A stretch of 64,000 nt of DNA, taken from assembly GCA_047495785.1 (NCBI GenBank), contig JBLDXI010000028.1, positions 372,001-436,000 on the forward strand. The letters are read 5' to 3'. Origin of the DNA: Lepidodermella squamata (Eukaryota; Animalia; Gastrotricha). How positions within the stretch are numbered: position 1 is the first letter of the stretch; every line of letters begins with the position of its first letter. The notes below the pieces were generated by a model that was not told the DNA's origin, made no database searches, and saw only the letters and a program-made list of their open reading frames with translations. The position numbers and the translations under genes were made by a program. This document shows positions 12,575 to 30,682 of the stretch, one piece after another.

Positions 12575-15500
12575 TTAAAACTGTCTCACCTGTTGAAATG
12601 GAGAAGATCCACTCGATAACCGATTGCCGGCCGATAACAGTGATGAAGACGAATTCGACGAAGAATTCGCCACACTCAACATATTGCTAGACCCACCCAT
12701 CGACGAAGACAACCCATTGCCAGACAGCGTCATCGCAAGTTTGACATCGATGACTTTATCGAAAAACCGCGTTATCGCCACCGAATTCGAAGAACCAGGC
12801 GCTAACGACCTAGCGTTGTGACAATCGACTGTTATATGCTCCGCGCCGCCCACAGTTTTGCATATCGATTCGGCTGTTATTGTGACGCCCAGGCCAGGCC
12901 AACTCGACCCGCTCGAGCTCGCTTTTCGATTCGACATCGGCAGAACGTACTCGCCGTTGATTTTATCACCGCCTGATAACGCGTCAACCTTCGTCCCGAT
13001 TAATAGACAAGGCGCCTGAGGTGGTAGTAGGATGGTTGTGTTACTCGAGGATGAGGAGGGCGACGACGAGGAGGACCAGGGCGATGACGATAGGCTTGAA
13101 GTTGACGGCTGGGCTGATGCGGCGGCGGTCAGCTCGTTAAGCCACACTGTTTTCAGGTTTTGAAGAGATTTTCGGTTTGTCATATCGTGGACGAGGATGT
13201 AGCCGTGGGCACCGCCGTAGAACAGGGGGCGAACGGCTTGCAGAGCTGCTGAGCCGCCAACGTCCCATAATTCAACAAAATATGGCTGCTCTCGAGCTGA
13301 AAATATTTAAAAAAATTGGTTAACACCAGATTTTGGATAATTGCTATGAAGTTTCAATTTTTCAAAAATATTCAAATCCCGGAGAAGTTTCTGGCAAACC
13401 GTAGCGAGCCATAGTAACCAATACTTATTTGCTTCCTTAGATTCTATTAGACGAAAACAGCCTTTCAAGGCCGAATTTATTTCAAGCCGAGCCGTAAAAT
13501 TGAAATTTCAATAAAATAGTGTCGAATTTTCATATGAAATTGTTCTCACTCCTTATGCCGAGGCGCCGACTAATCGACCGCCTGCACCACCGATTTCGTT
13601 GTTAACATCTCCAGCGGTCGCATCGTTTGTCATGCCGCAAGGCTTTGAAGACCGAGCTGCCTCGCCGTTTACGAGACCACGGTTCGGACGGGAGGGTGGT
13701 CATGCGGCGCGCTTTCTATCTGATTCGCCTCCGCTGTTAGGTATTTAGTTTTTTGTCAACAATAATCGATACTTATGTATTAAGGCAATATCATTTGTTG
13801 CAGTCACGCTGGACTTTTATCACACTCCCCTCCCACCCCTTACTAACCGCGCCATCATGCCCCCCTGGGGCGGTGAGGAATTCGAATGAAAATCTGAACA
13901 GTTACGACCTACTCATCACGTTTGCATGGAGAGCTAACCGCGACTTAGCCCTAATTTTCAACCCTTGACGTTGGCAATCGCGATTATTCTGCTCAGGAGA
14001 TAGCCCATCAACTGCTCCAACTAACGCTTGATCAAACAAGCCGTAAATTCGTGAAGCTGAATATCTACTATCCAGAACAGCCGGAAAACATTGAGGTGTT
14101 TTCAATTGTGAATTTTCTAATTATTTCGCAGTTCAATTAAGCTTCGGTTTTCCGCTCAGCTGTTCAAAATGTTCATGAAATGCCGTTGAGTTATTTGGTT
14201 CCAGTCAATGCTGCTGAGATTAATGACGAGCTCAGAAGTTCGCGTCCCAGATCGGCGACCGTGGTTGGAATGCACAAAAGACGTATTCGAAATCGAGTGG
14301 AAAAGCATCAGCATATTTTACCAGCAACCTCCCATGAAAACAACAATACAAATTCTAGATCCAGATCCATCTTGACGACTTCCCAAGTGATCGTTGCCAT
14401 ACTTCCCGGCTGCCGCTCGGAAGGATACTAGTTCTGCTCCAGGTATTTTAAATGCGTACTCGGGAATGACACCCAGAAAATGCTACTCTTTACTCGCTAG
14501 CAAGGCTCAATCTCACCAATGGGTTCTAGACTCAGGCGCCAGTTCGCATATTGGCAACAATCCCCGTCTCTTCAGGAACCCGACTAGGCTTGTCGAGCAA
14601 ACCAACGTCTACCTGGGAACTGGGGCGTTGGATTCCAGTCAACTGGTCCGGCGCGGTGTTAATTAAGCAGCAGCATCGGATTCGTCTGCATTTTGGGTGC
14701 AACTTGAGGACGTTATGTACGTACCAGGCCTGGCCTCAAACTTATTTAGTGTCCCTGCTGCCAGAGAAAAGGATAATATTGCCATTTTTACTAAGACAAA
14801 CGCACTAATTCGAGACCTTAATTTTTCAAATAAAGAAGTGTGAATTGCTGACAAACTTGACGGGCTTTATTTTTTACGACAGAAGTCTCACCACGCACCC
14901 ACTTACACTCAATGGCATCGACGATTCGGACATGCCGGATCGTCAGCACGGAAACAAATCCTTCGACACAACCTGGTTGATGGTCTTAAGGTCAGTGGTC
15001 GCCACATTCTCGATGATTGTGAACCCTGTGCTCATCGAGCAACACATTCTAAAGTCAGTTATCAACGATCAAAATGCGAGTTGGATCTAGTTCATAGCCG
15101 GATGTAGCCGGACCAGTCGAAATTCAGTCTCTAGGAGGATCTAACTGGTACCTGATTCTCGTAATCATAATACGAAAATAAAAAGCAAAAAGTAACAAAT
15201 TTAAGATAATAGCTGCGCAGATTAATTACATGACATGGCTCGCTACGGTTCATCTAAATCCGTTCCGCCAGCGGAAATATCCGAGTAAAGTCAAAATAAT
15301 TTCCATTTTCGCATTTTTAAGCCGCCAGCAAATTTCGATTTTTCAAGGTTTCAGTAAAAACTTACAAGTCCCAGCGGCGTATTCGTGATATCGAACTTCA
15401 ACATTACAACCAGCAGTCCAACCAGGACCACGCGGCAAAACCAGACCTGAGGCGATAAGGTGCACCAAACTCGTCTTGCCAACACCTTCAAATCGCAAAA

Positions 15501-15605
15501 ATTACTTGCAAAATGCAAAATATGGCAAATGAAAGACAACTCACCAGAATCGCCCAAAACTAGAACTTTGACTCGATCGATACTGACACTGCTTACTTCA
15601 CTCAT
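12575..15605 (-). CDS. RABL3: Rab-like protein 3; exons 15605-15545, 15485-15366, 13296-12575 (3' end may splice at about 12590)
   Basis: Spliced product reads [23 protein letters not shown]...[34 protein letters not shown]...ILVHDMTNRKSLQNL...LLIGTKVD...FFDKVI, the RABL3 pattern. Confidence 0.9.
13397..15250. mobile_element. 1.85-kb insertion bounded by perfect 16-bp inverted repeats inside RABL3 intron 2
   Basis: AACCGTAGCGAGCCAT at 13397-13412 and its exact reverse complement at 15235-15250. No target-site duplication recognised. Confidence 0.6.
14510..15165 (+). mobile_element. Degenerate Ty1/copia pol fragment (protease, GAG-pre-integrase, start of integrase)
   Basis: Frameshifted motifs in copia order: QWVLDSGASSHI, LEDVMYVPGLASNLFSV, QWHRRFGH, CEPC and LDLVHS/DVAGPVEIQSLGGSNWYL. 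Confidence 0.85.
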
Positions 15606-15914
15606 TTTGAGCCGCGTGTATCGTGGGGACGGCGATTTCTCACGCCATAAAATCACACAATAACATGATCTAAAACAAAAAACAGCAAATCGTGAAAATG
15701 CGGTGGTAGTAGCAAATATTATTGATGAATAAGAATTCGGATGAAATTACGATCAACATACGCTTCAATAGTCAAATTTGTGTACATATGCATACGTTCA
15801 AAGACTAGTATAAGAAATTTACGAAAAAAACACAGGCAAATCAAATAATACGAATTGATAAGATCAGATCTTGGATGATGAAACGATGAAAAAGAAACAA
15901 AAGTAAAATGGAAG

Positions 15915-21854
<5,940 letters not shown>

Positions 21855-23158
21855 CTAAACCCTAACATAGCAAAAAAAAATATATATATATGCTAGCGGC
21901 GACTAGAGTTCTACTATTTAATTTTTTTCGAGTTAAACAAAGATACACTCTATACTAGCGACTAGACTAGGCTTCATGTTCATAATCATCCGCCCGCCAT
22001 TAACGCATCTATCAGCTAGATCATGACTGATCGACACTTGAGTCTGCCTTCGATAGTGTCGAGTGTCAATTGCCAGGTACATGCCAATTTTAGCAATTTT
22101 CGTTCAATGCTAAAGGCATAATTGCCGCGCGAGCACGCCTAAAGACGCCCCACGGCACATCGGATAAACGGAAGGCACGTCAAACTCACTAGCAACTCCG
22201 AAGGCGCGAACTTATCGATCGGTCGGGCTTCGAAAACCGCGGCTTCAAAGTTGAAGGACAAGATTGTCTTGTTTTTCTGAATTCGGCAATCTATAAGTAT
22301 GTTTTTTTGAGTTACAAAACTTTAATTAATTAATTGCGTGAAAATCAAAGCAACGCAGTTATGGCGCGCATTAATGAATAGTTTCTGATCTTTGTCCCCG
22401 GATGTTAACATCAGAAAGAAGGTTCGCTTCTTCGTGTTTCCGCTGTCACCTGTCACCTGTCACCTGTCTTCCCCTTTAACTTGTAGAATCGGGGTTCTTT
22501 CTCTTTCGGTCCCAGGGAAAAATTTTGCATGGCCAAGATATTCCGATATCTCGCTAACTTGCGGCTACTGTACAGGACGCATTCACAGTTTATGGACACT
22601 CACTCAAAAGCTCAGCATCTTGAATCCTTTAAACAATACACAATACACTCCGCCAACACCATGCGATTTGGAGCGTGATTATCAAGAGACCTTGATGATT
22701 TGGGACAATTCAGTGTGCTCGTCAGAGACCGTCTCGATTTCCCTCTTCGACGACTTGAAGTTACCAACTAAGAAAATCTTTCTTGCTTGTCAGCTTTGAA
22801 CTCAGCCAGCCAACAGCCAGATTAAAAATAAATTTGTAGGAAATCTGTTGTCTTTTACGTTATAATCCACCGTCAGTCACGATTGTTGAAAACACAGTCT
22901 CATTCTTCCATTAATGAGCTGACCTATTTAACGAAGCTATTTTCCTCGAAACCATGACTTTTCTCTGCCCATGGTTTTATATCAAACTTATAAACATTTG
23001 GACTTTGAAGCTCAATTTCTGCAGTGAAATAATGGTATAGTAGCGATAATTACTATCAAATTTTTATCATTGGCTAATTTCTTAGTTTTAAGCATTGCTC
23101 GCATGTCACGAACCTTTTCACGAATGATGTCTGTATCATAGACTCGTCAATCTTAAAC

Positions 23159-23851
23159 ATGGAGTTCCCAATATGTTTCATTTTTTGTTTATTATTCGTG
23201 TCTGGACTAGCTGACGACCCTACCACCTCAGCTCCTGATCCTGACACAACTACTGCTTCAGTTGATCCAATTACTACAACTGAAGCCTCTTTTGGTACCA
23301 AATATTCTTGCGCCATATTCGTTTCATGATCATTTTTGTTCATTTCGCTTGAATTAAAGATTGCTCCAAGTATGGTCAGAGCTGCGAGACTTGCTTGGAT
23401 GCATCCACTTCGTGTTATTATTGCGGTTCTCTCAAAGAATGTCGACCCCTTCCCAGCAATATGCCTTTTGGTTTGCCGCTTGATGATGAATGCTCATTGG
23501 ATACCGCCATGTACAAGACATGCGATGTAAGTTTGTTGGTGTTGGCAATCAGCATTTTGTCAGTGGGGGGTGGTCTTCTCCTTGCCGGATTGCTCATCTG
23601 TTGTTGTTGCTGCATTCGTTGCCACAAGAGACCAAGGGTAGACATGGAGTAAGCCTAATTGTTTTCTCAACATTTCGCGTAAAATAAGGTTTTGAAAAAC
23701 TAGCAATATTGAGGTGACCTGGACTAATCAGCAAGAGGAGGATAAGAAATCCGGCCGTGCTGCTCGCAATGAAGCTCGCGAGTCACGTTATGATGAGATC
23801 AGAATGAAGTACGGTATTCAGAACAAGTATTCCAAATTGGACAACGAGTAA
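23159..23851 (+). CDS. PTTG1-interacting protein (PBF)-like type I membrane protein, copy A; 3 exons
   Basis: Signal peptide, PSI-like Cys pattern (CSKYGQSCETCLDASTSCYYCGSLKEC...C...TC), TM helix followed by a Cys run, and C-terminus RYDEIRMKYGIQNKYSKLDNE resembling the PTTG1IP DEIRKKYG...YARF tail. Confidence 0.8.
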
Positions 23852-24007
23852 CATAGTGCTTTCTAATCAATCTTATGTGTGATTTATTGATCAAAATTTG
23901 TATGATTTTAGCAATCAAGCTTGCAATTTTATTCTTGTACTTCGATTTTTTGCTACACAACACGACCCGCTGATCATTGCTGTTTATTCCTAGAACATTT
24001 AACTACA

Positions 24008-24706
24008 ATGATGATTAAGTTTGTTGTGACTGCTGCACTTTTTGCTGCTTTTTGCCTCGTCGATGGTGTATTTGCTCAAAATACAACGACTTCCAAGCCG
24101 ATAATACGTTAGTTGGAATTGGAGGATCATCTATGAATCCCGCAAACCAATTTATGTTTATAGATTGTGAAATGTACAATGCTTCCTGTTCAGACTGTTT
24201 GCAATATGACAACGAAGTAAATATTGGTTATCTTATTTGGAAATTATAGGTAAATTACTCTTTTTCAGTGCTACTATTGCGAATCGAAAAAAGCTTGTTT
24301 GCCCATGCCGAAAAATACAATTTTTGGCATACCTTACGATGGAACCTGCGCAATGGGTTCGGTTAAGTATCACACCTGTGCTGTTTCCTTATTGCTCATG
24401 GCAATTTGCCTGCTATCCGTCGGTGGTTTCCTCATTTTGGTCACCTTCTGCTGTTGCATTTACTGCTGCTGTTGCCGCGGTTCCTCGTCTCGAATCTCGC
24501 GCCGTGAGCGCCAAGAAGAAGCTCGCATGCAGGAACAGGATGAAGAGCGTCGCATGCGAAACGAGGAGCGCAGGGCTGAACGCGAGACCAAGTACAACGA
24601 AATTCGCACAAAATACGGCTTGACCAAGGAAGCCAACCGAGCCGTCGATGGACAAACGTCTTCAACGCCGTATCAACGCATGGGCGACGAAACCACGACG
24701 CATTAA
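24008..24706 (+). CDS. PTTG1-interacting protein (PBF)-like type I membrane protein, copy B; 3 exons
   Basis: Signal peptide MMIKFVVTAALFAAFCLVDGVFA, DCEMYNASCSDCL...CYYCESKKAC, TM with Cys run, charged coil, KYNEIRTKYGL and the YxxPhi motif YQRM. Confidence 0.85.
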
Positions 24707-25454
24707 ACTACACCTATTGCAAATTTTCCACTATTGTTTATTCCGCCCAGAGCTGAGCGGTTTTATTCTTTTATTTTCTCATTATGAAAAAGGCACCGCT
24801 AAATCAGCTCATAGTAATTCCACATGCACTAATTTTTATTGCACTGGTACGGGAAATTGTTATGCGAAACATCGGCTTATTATGTCATGTTATGGTATTA
24901 ACTTCTGAATTTTGTTTGAGATGCGCTTTTTGTACTTCTGCTGCTGGCATTGAGCTGGTCGCTTTGATGGCAAATTGAAACAGTAAAACATAGTGGAAAC
25001 AGTTTTTTCTTATGTCTGTTTTTCTCTAACGATAATTCCGAGACTCCAATCCAAACGTTAGCAACATGTTCCACTAAGGTTTGTTTAACCTTTTGTTATA
25101 ATAATAAAAATAGTTTTATGTAGCCTCTCCTAGACTGCACGTCATTATACCGTTTCCGGTTTTGAAGAGGGCGAAGGCAGGCAAAGATTGAAAATTAATC
25201 CTTACCCACCCCCCACAGTTGAAGATTCTGCTTTTTCCTAAAAATTCATAATTATCAATCGAGTTAACAATCATGCGCCATTCATCTTTTTCAAAGGATG
25301 CGAGTTCAGCTAATTGTAAATCAGGAATAATTTTAGTTTCAAATTTATTTTCGCCGGGTTTTTTCTTATCACCTTTTTTCTTAGTAACCTTATCCTTTTT
25401 GTCTTTCTTAATGTTAGATTTTTTTTCCGGCGTATTTCCTTAGTGAGTCCTACT

Positions 25455-25740
25455 TTAATCAAACTCCTATGCACTCCGTTTATCTACCTGGTCCGGGGTC
25501 TTCCTCTGGGTGCAAACCACCCGAACGGGGGCATCCAGGTATAAATTTTATTTATTAGACCTTTTTCATCGTAATCACGTGATCTAACAATATGTCCTAA
25601 ATATCTTAGGCGTTGTTTTTTGACTATCCGACTCACTTCAATGAGCCCTCCGCATAGAGCCAGCCTAATATCGATATTTGGAATGTAGTCAATTAGGTGG
25701 ACACCTACTATTGATCGAAGCCATCGATACTCTATTGTAT
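25455..25740 (-). mobile_element. RTE-clade LINE 3' remnant
   Basis: Minus-strand translation RWLRSIVGVHLIDYIPNIDIR...KQRLRYLGHIVR...PRGRPRTR*, the RTE ORF C-terminal motifs, with stops. Confidence 0.75.
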
Positions 25741-25841
25741 TCCTTTTGTTGTTTTTTCATTAAAAATGGAAATTATATAAAAATACATAAAATGAAAATG
25801 CGGTACCGAGCAGTGAAAATCTTCATTTTAGCAGCTTTAGT

Positions 25842-27022
25842 CATGAGACGTAGTTAGGACGCCGCAGCTGGGCTTTTTACGAGAAAAAAGTGAAATGAGA
25901 GATAATGAGGTCGAAGGTCGCGTTTTGAAAATCTTTTGGCGCCAGATGTTATGATGAAGCTGCTGATTTCGAGAAAAAAGAGAGTGTTTCATACGCCGCA
26001 AGTGCTACTTAGCAAGTTAAAAGATGAAAAAAATGCCACGATTGAAAAGATGAAACCCTAGAAGAATTTTAGAAAATCATGATTTTTATTGCTTCGGTAA
26101 ATATTTTCACTATCACAAGGGTAAAGCTGAGCAAATCGGACGAAAATTCGTCAAAAATAAAACGGAAAATAATTAGTCGTTTTTGAACTGCTTGAGACTT
26201 GAACACACTGATAAGGAGGATGCTCCAAATTTTTCGCGATAAAATCTCACGGTTCTTCGTGCCAAGATGTATTTGAGGCGGCACAAGTCGGGAGAATGAT
26301 CGATTTCTCTTTCATTTTGTTCAACTCGCCGCCCCTACGATTTGCCACATCATCCAGCTTTTTGAAAGTAGTCAAATCTTCACGGTACTTCGCTGAAAGA
26401 GCCACCTTAATGATGGTCGCCGTTCGGCTGGGTGGCGCCACCGCGCGAGCGCAACTCGACCTAGTCACTGTGGTACGCCTCGGTCGGCTTGAGACCCAGA
26501 GACCACATTCTATCACTGCTTGGTAAAACACAAGCGAGTCGCTCGGGACCCATGATGCCAATTTTCTCAGGCAAAAGACTGGAAATTTAGCAAAGTAAAT
26601 TGACCGGTGGAAGGTTGAAGATAGCAAATTCAATAGCAGGCTGTCATCCAATAACTCCAGACGAGAGTTTGCAAGGACAATTGCCACGACAATAACTGAG
26701 AGGAACCCTCTCATTCTTGAATCTTCTTCAGTTCCAACTTCAATAAATTTCCTTCTAAATTGAAAATAGGACCAGGTAAAATTATTGAAAAATCCGGCAG
26801 AAGCTCCCGCCTACAGAACATTTGCCATCAAAAATGTCAAGTAAATAAATTGATAAAAAAATCTAAATAAATCGATTTTTAACGTGACCAGGGCCAAGTT
26901 CCAATGAAATTTTAATTTTTACAGAATATAAGAATATTCTTGAATATTCATGCATGAGACCCGCATGACACCCCCGTTTGCATGGCGGGGTTCAAGCTGC
27001 GGCGTCCTAACTACGTCTCATG
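25842..27022. mobile_element. Non-autonomous TIR DNA transposon, copy 1 (CATG termini, P-element-like)
   Basis: 28-bp TIR CATGAGACGTAGTTAGGACGCCGCAGCT at both ends. Subterminal sequences match copy 2 (28715-30682) in opposite orientation. No TSD here (GCTTTAGT vs GCGTTGTA). Confidence 0.8.
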
Positions 27023-27733
27023 GCGTTGTATATTTGCGGTTAAAGTGACCTACTCAGGGCGTAGTCACGTGTTCAGTGATGATCGATTGCGGCATTGATG
27101 TATAAAAATGGGCATTCAATGAGGAGTTAATGCTGAATGCTATTGCCAAGTGGATAGGCATAATAAACGTGCAAAGCTACTGCAAAGCGCCTTGGGAATT
27201 AAGAAATAATGTTTCCACTGACGAAGCTTGTTTCACTTTCAACCCTATTATGAAACGGCGATCTCGAAGAGATAGTGAGGTATTTCTAAAGGATAATAGG
27301 TCTTAATTCGCGATGAATCGCAAAAAGCTCAAGCGACTGGCATCGATTACTAGCGAGTCATCTCCTGAAGAAGTGCGATTAGTGATAGAAAACCCATCAA
27401 TTCCGGCGGGTAGAATTGTGGCGAAGCCACCTGTTGATCTCTGTGTTTGAAATTGGCGGTCGACCGTGACCTGATAAATATGTGGAAGTTTATTGTAGCG
27501 CCAAATGGCGATTGATGATTGGCCGAACACCCATATAAGAGGACTTGTCAATAATGTGTGAAGGGGGAAGATTTGAGAGAAATAAACTAGAAATTTTTAT
27601 CAACGTGTTGTGTTTGCCAGTAGAGATACTAACCTGGGTCTTCTCGCCACAAGAATACTTGGGGTAGTTGCAGCTCCGCATAACAATTCTACATACAAAC
27701 ATATACATCTCTTTTTCTATAACTAACATGGGT

Positions 27734-27900
27734 AATGTGACCTCGCGTGCGATCAATCGGAGAACACGAGTCCGTCCGGTTCTGTATCAGTATCAGAATT
27801 GGTATCGGTATCTGTATTCTGGGTACTGAAACTCCCGAAACATGAACTACAATGTGACCTTGCGTGCGATGAGTCGGATAACACGAGTCCGCCCGGTACC
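27734..27900. repeat. Two direct repeats of about 50 bp separated by a (GTATCN)n-like microsatellite
   Basis: AATGTGACCTYGCGTGCGATnnnTCGGAnAACACGAGTCCGYCCGG at 27734 and 27851. Confidence 0.75.
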
Positions 27901-27913
27901 TTGCGGTAATTGC

Positions 27914-28014
27914 CAATTAACAAAAGATTCCTATCGCCTCGCGAATGCTCATCGAAAGCTTCATCTCCGCAAATTTCGATGACCAAAGCGGATACACTTC
28001 GAAAAATCGCGAAT
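27914..28014. repeat. Dispersed repeat of about 100 bp, copy 1
   Basis: Near-identical to 33144-33251 (CAAAAGATTCCTATCGC...CATCTCCGCAAATTTCGATGACCAAAGCGGA.ACACTTCGAAAAATCGCGAAT), same orientation. Confidence 0.85.
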
Positions 28015-28714
28015 GGGCAGGTCCCGGGTTACCGGGAACTGCTGCTTGGCGGAAGCCGACCACCGCCCACCCCTCATTCCCTCATTCCCCCTCATTAAGA
28101 CGTGACAAAGATAAATGCTATTTTACATTATTTTTCTGTTACAACACCTTGATGATAAAATTGACGCGGGAAAATTACGATATTTTTTGAGTCTATCGAT
28201 TTGAGTCTATCAATTGAGTTTAAATTATCAAATTTAACATCTCGTTTATGCATCATTTGGAACCCTTTTATCGCGTGAAAAATTCTACACTTGGGTGCAT
28301 AAGTATGATATTCATGTCGGAATAATTGGCATTAGATCCCATAAGCATCGCATAAGTTCGAAGGCTGATTCAACAAAGAACTACCTAGCATACCCTTGGC
28401 AAGACGCTACCCAAAAATTTTACATTAAATGAGCAGCCGAAGTTTTATCAGGTGGTTCTACATTATTGTCGAGGCGATAATTGCACACAGTAATAACTAG
28501 CGAATTCTTCTTCTTTTTTTAGTTATTTTCTCCTTGTCTTTAACTTTAGATCTTGCAATGAAGCAACTTCTCGTTGTAATATTGCTAACATGTGTTGTGT
28601 TCATCAGCGGAGAGAAGAGCCCAGGCGCTAATCCAGCTCAAAGCCTCGCAGAGTAAGTGTTTAAAATGAAAGCATTCGAAGCTCGAATTTACATTCCGCT
28701 AGAGGCGGCAAGGG

Positions 28715-30682
28715 CATGAGACGTAGCTAGGACGCCGAAGCTTGAATCCCGCCATACAAAGTGACGTGTTGGCGTTATGCATGCTTGAATATTCTGAATA
28801 ATTTGCCTTCTGTAAAAATTAAATTTTCAGGGTTTAATAAAAATAATTATTTTATTAATCCGTGAAATTTAAAAAATATTAAGTTGAAAATTCAAAAGGT
28901 TTAAAAAACGTAGGCGTCGATGGTTACGAAGCTAGAATCAGGTTCCAAGTAGGAACTAAGATCGAGAGAACTCAAACCATGTGATGTAGAGCTCTGCGAA
29001 CTACTTTCTTAAGACAAAAAGCAACTCAAACAAGCCGTATGCTGATATTTTCCATTGAGTTTTGAGTTGTTTTTCTTTTTCACGTCGCGATTATGCTGCA
29101 GCTGTTGCGTAATGATGTAAGATAATTTATCTCTTAAACAATCGAGCAGGAAATGTTTTTCGTCGAAATTTTCGAAGTTTTCGGCTAGAAAATTTCACCG
29201 GGAACTTAGAGGACCCCGCCCTAATTTCGGCCACTTCCTAAATTCGGCCGCTGCGTCCTAACTTCGGCCACCGGCCGAAATTTGGACACGAAGTGCTGTG
29301 CAGCAGTTTTATTTGCACGCAATTCAAGAACTTTGCATTGTTGGGCCCATCTGTTTCATGATTTTTCAAGCACGTGATCGCAAAAAAATAATTCTAAATG
29401 CGAGCGAGCGGGCTTATGTCGCTTCTCGAGTGCTCAGTTACCGCTACTTCGCAGGTATAATTTACCTGAAACTGGCTCTTTAAAATTTACTGCTTTCACC
29501 TCAATAATTACCAGCTAAACGCCAGCTTCATTTTGGTATAAAGTATTCTATCTAAAACCACCCAGGTGAAGAGATCCAGAGGGCCAATTTTAGGGTTTTT
29601 GAGGGTTTGATTCCAAAAATTAGCAGTCAATAGGGGAATTGAATTCGGGAAAACAAAATCAATACTCTCATTCTACAGAAGGCAAGGGATTTTTAGATAT
29701 TTTTCCAGAATTTTAGAAAGTCAACCGCAGTTAGGCTATTAGGTAGAAAACAAGTTATCAAACTTGTACCTGTCAAAACAAGTTTGAGTTTCAGGCATCA
29801 CGTCGTCGAGGAAAAGCTCACAGGTGAAGCAACAACGGCGGTTTTTATAGTCAGCTTTTTGAGACAAATCTAACGATACCAAACTTATGGTATTAGTGTA
29901 CCTGGATGAGGTGGCCGAAATCAGGGCACCCCGCTCCCTAATTCCGGCCGGGTGTCTGGGTGACTAAAAAAATTAGCCATAAATCAAGGTAAAATCGTCC
30001 GGACTTGCGGAAAGCGGCATTCGATAGCCTAATAACGCATCTTTAATTCTGCTTATGCCGAATATTTTCTGAAAATTTACCTGGCTGGCAAAGTCGGAAA
30101 AACCTGAAAAGCGGCCGAAATTAGGGCGGGGTCCTCTAATTGCTCATTTGCGGTCTGATAAATTACTGGCAGTTCAAACTGGAATGAAAAAATGGGCTGG
30201 ATGTGATCAGCATCTCAATTTTCAGATTTTTCAGCTCTCAGTTTTTCTCAGTTATCCTATCAATTTTTAATTTTTTTAATTTTTAATTTTTGATCAATTT
30301 TTTCAATTATTCTCTAGTTCAAGTTAGATTCAAATTCTAGTAAATTCAGGTAAATTCAAATTTAAGCTTCTTCATTACATCTATTGATTTTAGTTTCATG
30401 CATTATTAATAGATAATTTTGAAAATTAATGGCTCGAAGCAGGTGTTGATATAATTTTGTACAATGTGTTGCAATGCAATTAATTATCGATTGATCGCGC
30501 CCGAATCAAGGGCACTTTTAACCTTATTTTGGACAACATAAAATAAGGATTAAAAGAGCGCGAAAATTAAATGAGGTGATTCATCTCATTATTTTCAAAA
30601 AGTAGCCTTTGACCCTAATTATTTCTGACCACACTTTTTTCTCGTAAACAACCCAGCTGCGGCGTCCTAGCTACGTCTCATG
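28715..30682. mobile_element. Non-autonomous TIR DNA transposon, copy 2 (CATG termini, 8-bp TSD, P-element-like)
   Basis: TIR CATGAGACGTAGCTAGGACGCCG(A/C)AGCT at both ends, with a perfect 8-bp TSD GGCAAGGG at 28707-28714 and 30683-30690. Confidence 0.9.
29209..30136. mobile_element. MITE nested in the P-like element (TA TSD, Tc1/mariner-type)
   Basis: Perfect 24-bp TIR GAGGACCCCGCCCTAATTTCGGCC (29209-29232 / 30113-30136) flanked by TA on both sides, with internal copies of the CCTAAWTTCGGCC motif near both ends. Confidence 0.85.

Noticed and set aside
22392-22799. 135-aa ORF with a (TGTCACC)3 microsatellite
   Set aside because: Non-ATG start, no recognisable domain and no supporting exon structure.
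26247-26714. 155-aa ORF with a hydrophobic N-terminus
   Set aside because: Lies inside a TIR element and has no identifiable transposase or host motif, so it is not called as a gene.
27734-27900. CRISPR-like repeat-spacer appearance
   Set aside because: Only two units, eukaryotic context and no cas genes.
28022-28037. GC hairpin TCCCGG-GTTA-CCGGGA as a Helitron 3' end
   Set aside because: Not followed by a CTRR terminus at the expected distance.
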